Shown here piece after piece: positions 39,803-51,185 of a stretch of 64,000 nucleotides of DNA (the stretch's first letter is position 1; every line of letters begins with the position of its first letter). The notes under the pieces were generated by a model. That model worked only from the letters and a program-made list of their open reading frames with translations. It was not told the DNA's origin and searched no databases. The position numbers and the translations under genes were made by a program. Source of the DNA: Raillietiella orientalis (taxonomy: Eukaryota); contig JAYWIR010000032.1 of NCBI GenBank assembly GCA_036172245.1, positions 62,001 through 126,000 of the forward strand, read 5' to 3'.

Positions 39803-42262
39803 TTAACTGGTTGCGCCGGGACGTTTATTCTTAATATTCACTGAGAACTGTGTTTCCAGGCAAGGGGAACCGAAAATGGGGATAAGATTTCCCGGAACGC
39901 AGGCCGGGTACACTGAGATTTCGGAACGGAAGAAAGTGGGACAATAAATAAATAAATTTGGTGGGAGGATGGGGATAGGGGTATACAGTCTAAACGTTCC
40001 TATTCTCAGAACCGGCGGTGAATCCCGCCGATCTCCGTCCTCACTTCTGCTCCAAGGAGTGGCCACCCGGCGGCCATTTGCAGGTTGCCGGCTGCGGTGT
40101 CGGAAATCGATGTTGGGACTGCTCGCATCTGCAATACGTGGCGGGCCTTTACAATGGCGCGGACGCAGCAGAGGATGGCCACGTCTGCTTCAAGAGAAAG
40201 GCGGCCACGCGTGTAGAAGCGGCGCATCCAATCGAGTGCGGTGTGTCCGGGGTGCAGGAGCGCTGAATACAACCGCCGTCACAGATCCTGGAGGGCACCG
40301 CACTCAAACAGCAAATGAGGAAGCGATTCCACCGCTTTGCATTGGTCACAGTTCGGGGAAGCAACTTATTCGGAAATCAGGTTCGCCCGCTGGTTGCAGT
40401 ACAACCCCCAATGCACCAGCATAAAAGCGTCCTATTTCCACCGAAGGAGGAAGAGAGTCGCGTCCAGACACGCAGAAGGGACCACAAGTTTATCGGTGGG
40501 CACCCCGAGGAGCTCACTCCACCGGAGAAGCCCCTTTGCAAGAATGCGAGGTGTGGCAGAGTCTGCCACTTCGCAAGTCCGCCAGCCGCCCAGCAGTTGA
40601 GTTTCGCCTGCGATTTCGCAAGTGATCACCCACCTCGCCGGCCGGTCACTGTCATCTCGCAACTTGAGTGCACACAGTGCTTCGGCGAGTGGCGAAGCGG
40701 CTAGGCGTGTCCACAGGTCCTGGTGCTCCAGCACCTACCCCACTGGACAGTATGGGGAAAGTTTCACTCAACGGAGTTCCAAACGAGACACATCCTGTTG
40801 CGCTGCCCAGGACGATAAGGCTTCCTGCCTCCAGGCGTTAAAGTTCGTCGGCCGGCAGGAGATCCACTCATGCTTTCCCAGAAACGTGGCGAGGCGCTCC
40901 AAAGGGAAGCCGAATCCTCTGTGGGCGCGCTCCGTTCGCAGATGCAACGAAACTTCTCCGTCGCCACCCGTGCAGCGCTGCAGCAGCAGCCTCGCTGGAG
41001 CACACCAGCGAGTAGTGCAGAACTGCGCAAAAAGTGCCAGCATGCGGAACTACACTAGCAGTCCGATCCGCTCCAGCGTCAGGATGCCCAATCCTGCATC
41101 CCGTCGAGGAGCCGCCAAGTCCTTCATGAGTATTCTGGACCTAGCCGGTTTCCACAGGGCGTTCCGAAACAGGCGTTGCACCCGGCGCTTAGCCAAGTAG
41201 GGAAGGGGACAAACAAAAAAGGGGGGACGGAGGAGGGGAACAAAGAAAATGTTCCACACGAAGGCCCCTTCCGACAGGGGAAACCTGCCGCCTTGGAACG
41301 GGCTCAGAGCAGTCTCGGCCTTGAGAAGGCAGTTCGACCACGCTTCTACTGGACAGAAGGCGCCCAAGGGAACGCCGAGGTTCTTCATGCACCTGCCCTT
41401 GGGGGCACCTGGCGGATCCAATGGGACTGCCCCTCCCACGTAGAGCCAACCGGTACAACGGTTGATTTCGTCCTGTTGACGCTCAGGCCCTTTATCCGAC
41501 GAATGAGCTCGAAGAAGAACCTCGAGTCTGGACGCCGGGGTGGACATGGGCAACAGCAGGAGAAGGTCGTCAGCATAGGCAGCCACGGCTGGTGTTCCCG
41601 GGCATGAGCTCAACAGGTTGGCCAGCGTCAGCCTGTACGCCCTCAACACCAACTCGAAGAAGATGCTGAAAAGTAGGGGGCTTAAGCTGTCTCCCTGCCT
41701 GATACCCCGCCGTATAATAATGCCGTACAAGTGGCGCCCGCTGAAAGAGATACAGCATAACGCGTAGCGCCAGCAGGAGCGCAAGTATGCGATGAGCTGC
41801 GTCGGGAGGCTAAGGCGTCCCAGAATCTTCAGAAAGAGGTCCTGGTTTACGCTGTCGAACGCTTTGCATAGATTGACTGCGACCGCTAAGGCTCCCTGCG
41901 TTCCATCGTGCCTTGAACCCCGCCGCTTACCTTTGGCAGCGGCGATTTTAGCTGCCTGGCACTACTGCGCCACGCGCTGCTGCAAATCGAACCATTTTAA
42001 AGGAAAGAAGAGATTCGCGTCCATGGACTGCCCCGGAACAGCATACGTCTGCTCCGGACTTACCAAGAACCCCGCGATTCTCCCCAGGCGAGCGACCCAT
42101 AGCTTAGAGCACAACTTGACGTCCCAATTCACCAAGGTGATCGGACGCCAGTTGCTGAGGTGGCGCAAATCATCGTCTTTCTTCAGGAGCCGCACCTTTG
42201 CTGAGCGGAAAGAAGCGGGAAGATCTCCCGTCTCAAGCATCAGCGATCGCAAGAGGCAGCGC
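39803..42262 (-). mobile_element. Family C copy 2: ORF2 RT through 3' end
   Basis: ETGDLPASFRSAKVRLL, NWRPIT, KAFD (41855-41866), GIRQGDSLSPLLF, YADD, zinc-finger region, AATAAA at reverse complement of 39824-39829. Confidence 0.93.
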
Positions 42263-42277
42263 CTCTCGCGATCGCTA

Positions 42278-45200
42278 GGTTTCCCCAAGTCCCACAAGGG
42301 GTGGGGTAAGTTTATTTTTCTATAAAAATACAATAAATTTACATTCGCACTCTCATTCACTCAATACAAACATTTTGCACTTGGAGGTCCTTGGGTTCCA
42401 CTAGAGTTCTGCTTTTCAGGGGGGAATTCCAGCTTGATGTTCCCGGGCGTCGTCCTGGATCCTCTTCAGGATGAATTGGTACGTCCAGGCGTGGATCTTC
42501 CCGCAGTTCCTGATTGTGATTTGCCTCTTCAAGAGCCCTTGTAGAATCTCCAACGGTGTTGCACCTCTCCTGGCTTTCCTCATTTTCCACCACCGCACAA
42601 GTATGGCGGTGATGAAGAGGGCTCTGTCCGTCCTCACCATGGGATTGTAACAGGGAACATTACCATCTCCATGAAACAGCCGGCGAGGATCTCCATAACG
42701 GACTTGTTGGTAAGTCCTATGATCCTTTTCAGGATCAGCCAGATATGCAGCAATGTGGGACACGTCAAGACGTAATGTCTCGTGTTCGTGTCTCCACATG
42801 CTGCGCACTCTCTTTCTTCCTGTCTTCCGGAGAAGTGCTGTATGCGGGACCCACTTTGGATTCCTCCATGATAAAACATCAGGAGGTCGTCCTAAGTCCC
42901 CGGCGGTAGGTCACTCCTCCAGAGGGTCGTGCCGATCGTTAGCATGTTGATGCGATCGCTCCCGTAGCGGCCGGCGGCTTCTTCGAGGGTACTGGTGTCT
43001 CTTTCGTCCACCTTCATCAATCTGCGGAGGTTCATTTTCGTTAACCTCGACCACACGAAGTCGTTGTGGTTAATCCACACCTCGCGGATGTGATGGGTGA
43101 AACTCCCTTACATCATCTCTATGTACCGAAGTACACGAGAGTGATGTAGGTATCCTCCTCGGCGCCATTCCTAATTCCGTTGGAGGGTAACTCTAGACCC
43201 CTGGTGTATCCAGCTTCTCGTGTCCGGCTGGACAGGAAGAACCCAAGGGATCACCAGGATGGACTCGTCCTGCCAGAGTTCCCTACTTCTCGGCACGATC
43301 TTGATTTTGTGCCTTTGCACCAGACGTTGCTTCCTCGTCCAGGTTGCGTCGATTTTTTTCCATTCCCCTGCTTTGCTTAGCAGCGTACTCATCAGGTCTT
43401 TCGAGTTGCTCAACAACAACGCGTAGGCCCTGTGCGCCCATACGGCCAGTCATTCTAGTAAGTGGCAATGTCCAGGATGTGTCGCGTATCCATGATTTCT
43501 ATGGAGTGTGCAAGCGACTTCATCCCGGAACCGCCTTCTTCCCTGGGACGACACAGGGGTTTTAGTCGAACTCTTGGGCGATAGTGGCCCCACAGTGTTT
43601 TTCTCTGCAGCTTGTCGAACTCTCTCGTGGTGTCCTTGTCCATCCTCGCAAAGGCCTCCCGAAAGAGCACTTTTTGAAGGAGTACTCCGTTCCATATGTT
43701 GGCCTTTCGCTCCATTCCAAGGTCCGCTCAAGTGTACTTGGCTGCTTCCTTGGCCGTTTTCCCTAGGATCTCGAACCACGATAACTTCGACGCGGAGACG
43801 TCGCCAATGTGGACACCCAGGTGCTTGGCCTTGTCCACCGTTCGGAATCCTCTCCTTGCTAGAGCGGAGAGATCGAGGATTCCAACGGGCAAGAGCTGGC
43901 TTTTCTGGGCGTTAATCTTTAGACCCAGGCCTTTATCAATCAGGTCTAGCACATCCAGAAACGCTCGTTGATTTCTCTCTCCCTTGAAAAAGAAGAGTAG
44001 ATCATCAGCGTATGCCAGATGGGTAAGACGGTGGCCATCGATTGTTATGCCTTGCGGTCGTCCGCTCTTCTCGATAAAGGACGACAACGCCTCCATGTAG
44101 ATGACGAACAGCATCGGACTTAGCGAATCGCCCTGCCAGACTCCCCGTTCCATCCGGATTGCTGCCGTCTCCTTTCTGTTGAAGTTTTTTCGGCAGTACT
44201 GGTTTTTGATTACCACTCTCACGAAGTTGCTGAAGTGTTCCGGAAGTCATATCTTCTCCAGAACCTCCAGCAGCATCCCATGGTCGATGGAGTCGAAAGC
44301 CTTCTCCATGTCAGTGAACACCAGCGCCAGGTTCTCTCCGACGTATCGGCTGAGTCCAACGGTGGCCTGGGAACACTTGACATTGTCCGACATGTGAAGT
44401 CCAGAGACTGCACACGTTTGGTCCGGAGTGATGACCTTCGTCATGACCCTGCCTAAGCGGTTGGACCAGATCTTCGCCAACCACTTGGCATTGGAGTTCA
44501 GGATTGAGATTGGCCTTTATTCAGCCATTTGGGTTGGGTCGCCTCCTTTGGGCAACAATCTCATCCTACTCTTGTAGAAGGAATCAGGAAGTCTGCCTTC
44601 TTCACGGATGCAGAGGGTCAACTGGTAGAACAAGCGCAGGTAGCCATGCATGTACCGCTGATAGTGCGTTAGCGGTACACTGTCAGGGACCGCCGCCACA
44701 TCCTTGCGCAGTTGTCCAAAAGCCGTCTTCACCTCTTCTTCTAAGAATTCCTCCTCCAGTCTGTTCCGCTGGAGGTCGTCGGTCCTCTTCTCGAGATAGC
44801 TCAGAAAGGCTTGTTGACTAGAGCGACAGAGATGTTGTCGCCTGAAGTATTCCGTGTAATGCCTGTGACAGGCCTCCACGATATCATCGAACGACTTTCT
44901 CTCTTGACCGTCGTACTGGATGCAGAAGATATCTGTTGCTAGATTTCTCTTCTCCAGCACGCCGACTTCCTCTTTTATGTTCTTGAGGACGTACCGACTC
45001 TCGTTCTGATCGAAGTACTTCGAGAGTGAGCGATCTTGGATGTTCAGCTCCCGGTACGCCTCCTGCCTCAAGCGCCTATCCCCGAACTGCATGTTTGCAA
45101 ACAGTTGTATCCTGTGTTCCAAGCTGTCCCAGTCGGCGACTCTTTGGATTGTTGTTGCCATCTGAATCGTCTTCAGGAGAGCCTGATGTCCGGGATGGGT

Positions 45201-46530
45201 TTCGAACCAGGCGGGAATGCTGATGAGCGCCGCCCTGGTGCCTTGCCTCCGCCGAGGATTCTCCGTTCTTAGGGAAATCCGCACCAGGGGGTGATCGGAC
45301 ACCGTAGTCATAGTGTCGCGAAACCCTTGGATGCGATTCTTAAGTTCGGTGCTGTGTAGGACGTGATCGATCGGCTTGTGACTTGCTGTTCGCCACACCA
45401 GTCCGAACTCTTCGGATAGCCGCCGATACGCCGTCCTTCCTCTGGGGTCCTGGGAATGAGTGATCTCATCCAATATGTTGAGATCGCCAGCTACGATCAC
45501 GACGTCCTTGGGGGCGACCTTTTTACGGAGTGCTGCATGCAGCGTTTCCGCACAACGATGTTTCAGCCTGTGCGGTCCATACACGTTCACCAGGATGAGG
45601 TGAACAGTAGCGGACCAGGCCAATCGCACGCCGATGATTCGTCCGGGTTGCGGACAGAACACTTCCAGCATAGTGGGGGCCAAGTGATTCATGATTAGGA
45701 CCTCCACACCCTGCGTTTTCCGTTCTCCCTTGCTGACGAACATCTGCCCGTTGAATCGCCGTTCCATTTGCTGACTAATCTCGGAACCCATCTTGTGGGT
45801 CTCCTGCAGGCACACTATGTCTTTTTGTGCGATGGTCCGCACAATCCTTTTTCTTTTTCCCTGGTCGACCACAGCGTTTACATTCCAGGAGGCGATGTTC
45901 AGCCTCCTGGCGGTCGATAGGGAAGAGGCCATAAAAGAAGAAGACCTATTTCTTGGCCGTCCTGAACTTCTTCTGTTTGAGAGCGTGCTCTTCCAGACAA
46001 TAAAGAAGCAGCGGGCTTCTCGCTACCGGCGTCACTCTCGGCGTCAGCGGACGGGTGCTGCCTGGGACGACGCCGCCGCGAGCGCAACCCTCGACGTCGC
46101 CACCGTTGCCGCCGCGGGCGGCACCCTTGGCATCGCCACTGCAGGCACGACCTCCCCCGCTGCGGTCACGATCCTCGGCGTCGCCGCCGCGGGCACGACC
46201 TCCGCCGTCGTTGCCGCGGGCTCGACGCTTGGCATTGCCGCCTCCGACGCAGCAAAGCTCGCCGCGAGCGCGATCCTCGGCGTGCCTGCCACCGCCTCGC
46301 CGTTGCCGCACGTTACCCCTATGGCTTTCATGGGGGACGACGGTCTATCCACTCCTCCTCCAGGCGCCTGCATCCTGGCAGCTGGTCTTGCTGCAAGGGA
46401 CGACTGCAGGTCTTCCGCCGTGATCTCCTCGGCTCTTCTTTTGTAGTTTCGTCTGGAAACTTCCCCTCTCCGGGCACACACGAGCACAATTAGCTGATTA
46501 AGTTGTTGTGCGCACAAAACTTTGAGCCGC
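42278..46530 (-). mobile_element. Family D copy 2: near-complete ORF2, ORF1 internally deleted
   Basis: Open 471-aa endonuclease/linker ORF 44517-45932 (SWNVNA, LQETH, NVYGP, GDLN, IDHV, SDH), then frameshifted RT (EKAFD, GVWQGDSLSPMLF, YADD) and zinc finger ECAACGDTNTRHYVLTC. 5' region ~92% identical to D1 but lacks the knuckle-coding part. Confidence 0.94.
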
Positions 46531-49500
46531 AAAGCAAGTTCGCCGACTCGGCAGGAGAGGAGCATTCTCTCGACAGCCGCGAATGCTGCGCCTTCGCCGC
46601 CTTTTAAGTGTGCTGCGAAAGCTGCGAGCGAGGCAGTTGGGGAGGAAAGCCCGCAAGTGTCCCTCAAGAAAGTCGAGGAGCGCTCCGAGGGAACAGATGG
46701 TGGGTGGAAGGTTGTGGAGAAAGGGAGAAAAACAAAATCTCCCAAAAATTCTCCGCAACCGCACCGCAAGAGCCTGTCTAAGGTAAGAAACAGTGGCGCG
46801 ATGAAGAAGACTCGCGCGAGGGTTCCCGTTGCCAATGCGGAGGCTACCGCCGCGGTCGCAAGTAGCGCGAAAGTTGCCATCTCCAGGGACGATGTTCCTG
46901 TGATCGCGAAAAAGGAAGTGTCCGGGATTCCATCCGCGAACACCTCCGAATCGACACGACAGGTGAGTCGCGAAGCTACCGCGCTGCATGCAGACTCAGA
47001 AACGGAGTCTGAGATCACCGCCGCACGTCGGATCACCCGCACGGAAGCCGTAGCGCGCCAGGCTAAGGTCCTGAGGCGCGCAGCGCAGGCCACGAAGGAA
47101 CGAGAGCTCACCGCGGACAGTCAAACGACGCTACCCGGAGACGAGCACTCGAATTCGTGCAGCACAAGGGAGGACGGTGGCGACCGTCATCACCAGCCAG
47201 CAGTGTTGCTTACCGTGCGCTCGTTGGTAAAAGCGGGCAAAAAGCCGATAACTTCCCAGCATTAATGCGGGGAATAGCTTCTTCTCGTTGCCTGTCCGTA
47301 GCGTGGACGAACTTGAACGGACTGCAGAACGACGAAAAGAGGCGGTTAGTAGCCAACGCCCTGCGCCCCTTCGACCTCGTGCTCCTGCAGGAGATTCACG
47401 TAATCTCCGACGTGCAGGCTGCGGAAGTCGAGGATCGCTCAGGCGGAAAGATACTTTGGTGGTGCGGCGACGCGCGAACGTGCGGCGTCGCGTTCCTCGT
47501 AAGACGAAAAATGGCGGAAGCGGTGCGTGGTGTTCGCTTCGATGACGACGGACGGATAGGCCAGCTTGTCATCAAGAGGTCCGAGTCCATCGATCTCGTC
47601 GTTACGAACGTCTACGCGCCAAGTGGCTCGGGCTACTTCGAAGATAGAATTGCGCTATTCGAGGAAGTAAAATGCCACTGGCTCAACAACTCCGTATCCC
47701 AAGTGGTGCACCTCGTCGCAGGGGACTTAAACGTCCACCTGCTCCACGACGAATGGAGCTGCCCGAGGAAGCGAACGTCGGCCAGCGAGATGTGCGCGTC
47801 AGTACGCGCTCTCAATTTGATGGTCGGCGTACCTGAGATGGGAAGGTCACTGGATCACATCTTCGTCGATGACAACCTGCACCCTCGTGTGACAAGAAAA
47901 GGAAGATTGTCGTCCGCACTTTCTGATCATCACAGGTAGGAGTTGGAGCTCCTTCTGTCAGGCATGGGGCCTTCGTTAAAGAACTGGAGGATGCCTGCGG
48001 ACTGCCTTAGCCATCCGGAGGCGGCGGATCATCTCCGTCAGTACCTCCGGACTTTCGTCATCCGCGAACTCGCAGACTGGGATCATTTAAAGAGGTCCGC
48101 GAGTTCTGCGAACGGTTTCCCTTGAGGCGGCTTCCGTGAGGCTTTGGAGAAGGGGTCACTAACAGCAGGACTTTCTTGACGGCGCGCACTTTTTCTGGAC
48201 GCGCTGATGTCAGCCGACTTGCAGAATACAAGGCGGTAGCCGAGCGCCAGGTCTGGCGGTTTGGAGCATCTTGCTTGTACGACAAAAAAGGCTGGAGTGC
48301 TCGAATCCAGCCGGTATTCGCCGCATCGTAATTACTCCTCGCTATACGCAAAAGCGCCTACGGAAAATATCTTTTCGGAGGTACTTCTATCCCAGGATGC
48401 TCCCGTTGTTAGCGAAGAGGAACGCGCATGTCTCGACGAGTGCTTCACAGCAGATGAAATTTCCTCCGCTATCGCGGGACTCAAGAGAAGAAATGCACCA
48501 GGTGAGGACGGGCTACTTGAAAAGTTCTATCAGAGCTTTTCGACGGAACTTGTCCCTCTGGTGCTTAGGCTCTCCTCGTTGATGAGAATCTCGGGATATG
48601 GCCCCAATTCCTTCCTCTCAGCGAGGGTGCGTCTCCTGCTGAAAGGTGGAGACGCACGCCATCTCAACAACTGGCGTCCGATCACCCTATTGAACTCGGA
48701 AGTCAAGTTGTTCTCTAAGCTGTAAGTTTCGCGGCTAGGGAGGATCGCGCAGTCCTTGGTAAGCCCGGAACAGACTTACGCTGTTCCCGGGCGGACCACG
48801 GACGCAAACCTCCTGTTTGCCCACACCTGGATGCAGCTGCAGCAGCGTGTAGCGCAGCAAAGCCGATCCGTGTCCAAGGCCGCTGCCAAAGGCACACGGT
48901 ATCGACAGAAGCGGCAGGAGGGTACGCCTGGTGCCTTCGCGGTCACAGTCGACATGCACAAGGCGTTCGATTGCGTGGAACAAGGGCTCTTATCAGAGCT
49001 CTTAGAACGCCTGGGTCTCCTAGCGCGACTCCTGAAGTACTTACGCGCTTCCTGGCACCACGGGCTAACCTGCATTTCTTTTAGCGACTGCCACTTGTAC
49101 GGTATTCCCGTGCGCAGGGTCATCAAACAGGGTAACAGCTCAAGCCCGTTGCTCTTCAGCATCTTCTTCGGGCTGGTGCTAAGGGCGTACAGGCTGACGC
49201 TGGAGTACGTGCCTAGCTCCTGTCCGGGTTCGCCTGCCGTGGCTGTCTATGCAGACGACCTGCTTCTTCTGCTCCCCATGTCCACCCCGGCGGCCAGTGT
49301 CGAAGATTTCTTCGAACTGATTCGTCAGGGAGCGGGCGTAAGTGTGAACCGGAAGAAGAGCGTGGTCGTACCTGTAGGAGCGTCGTCGGAGGGGCAGTCC
49401 ATCTGGATCCGTCTGGGGATCCCCACAGCAGGGTTTTTCAAGTACCTTGGAGTTCCGCTGGGCGACCTCAGTTCTGCCTAGCCGTGGTTGGACTGCCTTC

Positions 49501-51185
49501 AACAGGCAGAGTTGGCAGCCAGCCCGTTCATTAACGGCAAGTTCACCTTGCCGGAACGGGCGGCTATTTGGAACACCTTCGTGGCCTCCCTCCTCCGACC
49601 CCTCTTTTTTGTGTTGGATCCTCCCTACGCGGCCAAATAGCGGGCAAAACGCCTGCTGTGGAACGCACTCTGGAGTCCGGGGCGATCCAGGATCCGCCCG
49701 AAAGACCTCGCGGCTCCACGTCGGGATGCTGGTCTTGGCATCCTTAGGATGGAGAGAATCGAACTGCAAGTGCAGTTCCGGATGCTCGCACTGTGTGCTG
49801 AGCTATGGATTCCCCCCCTGTGTGCGCCCGCGCGCATCCTTCTAAGGAGGTGTGCAGCCAGTGAAGGACTTCTTTCCTTGGTGCCTGACATGCGTCACAG
49901 GAAACAGGGATTTGGCTATCCTCTGAGCTAAATCGCCTCCCTATTGGAAGCCAATGCATGGATTTCCTTCTGCCCGATGAACTACAATGATTGGCGGCAG
50001 AAATCCATTGATTCTTAAGCTGTATCCTTAGGAATGAGCCGTGAAGATCTCCGCCCCCTGCGTCGATTTCAACCTTGGTTCCTCCAAGTTGTCATGCAGG
50101 ACGAGGTGGAGATTTTCTCCCTGGCCGCCACGCCCCTCGCCGAAGCACTGTCTGCACTCCAGGATCGAGGTGACAGTAGCCAGCAGGCGAAGTGGGAGTT
50201 TTCTTGCACCATTGCAAGAAGAACAAAACCAGTTGGCGAATGGGCCACGAACGAGCTTGCTGATGCCGCCACTCCTCGTGCAACACCAAAGGGATTACTT
50301 CGGTGGGGAGAAGCACTAGGTGTTGCCCCCGAGGAACTTACAATTTCTCTTTGGAGTTTAAACGGTTCGGCGTTTCCCCTTGCATGGAAGCAAGACGTCT
50401 TGCTTTTCTTGCACTGGGGCTTGCGGTATAACGATCAACGACACCGAGTTTCCGGTAGGGTGGCTTCTCCCTACTGTGCCCAGTGGGGGGCGACGGAGTC
50501 GTTCCCGCACCTTGTTATGCACTGCGGTGCACTCCAGGAACTCTTGCGGAGGCTAGCATTAGCTCTCTTGATTCCAGGGGACACCGCTCGATAACTGCTG
50601 CGACGGTTCTTCCAGCCTCAAGGACTTTCAATGACTGCGACGATTTCCACTGTTGGTTGCATCCGCGCCATCGTCACGTTCCGAGAAGTGCTGGAGAATA
50701 CTGTACAGCAATGTTGTGTCACCAGGAAGGCAGCCGACTTTATTAGGTCGGCAGCTCGGTGGCGACACTTATGGGAAGACACAACGGAGCAACTAACCGG
50801 TATCCATCGCCGGATGAGAAACAGCTTAGAACGACGAACCCGGTGATACGCCCTCGTTTTATTTTTAATTGATTTTTTTGTTTTCGCATCCTTTTCCCTA
50901 TACGCCTTGCAGTGGTTTTAATGCTGAATCTTTTGAATTTCGCGGTGACTGCAGAGCGTCACCAAAGTTTCCTGGCCCACTGCTCCAGTTTGAAATTTTG
51001 TTTCTTTTTTTTTTTTTTTTTTTCTTTTTGTTTTTGGACTCCCTTCAGTCGTCCGTGTTCTTCCGTTTAACTGGCCTGCGTGACGGTGGTGAATGTTCGA
51101 TGCATATCTACATAGTCGTGGGCTGGTAAAAACTGCTTCTAGCTCGCTTATATCAATAAACGTCCCGGCGTGACCGGGTAAAAAA
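46531..51185 (+). mobile_element. L1/Tx1-like element family B: ORF1 C-terminal part, full ORF2 (decayed), 3' end
   Basis: ORF1 frame to TAA 47263-47265 overlapping ORF2 ATG 47265; WTNLNG, LQEIH, NVYAP, GDLN, SDH, HKAFD (48957-48971), YADD; ORF2 stop ~50846; AATAAA at ~51155 plus CCCGG-CGTGA-CCGGG hairpin and short A tail. Confidence 0.94.

Noticed and set aside
46044..47111. 355-aa minus-strand ORF crossing the D2/B junction
   Set aside because: Antisense of B ORF1 running into D's 5' region; explained by GC richness, and the equivalent D1 flank frame is much shorter
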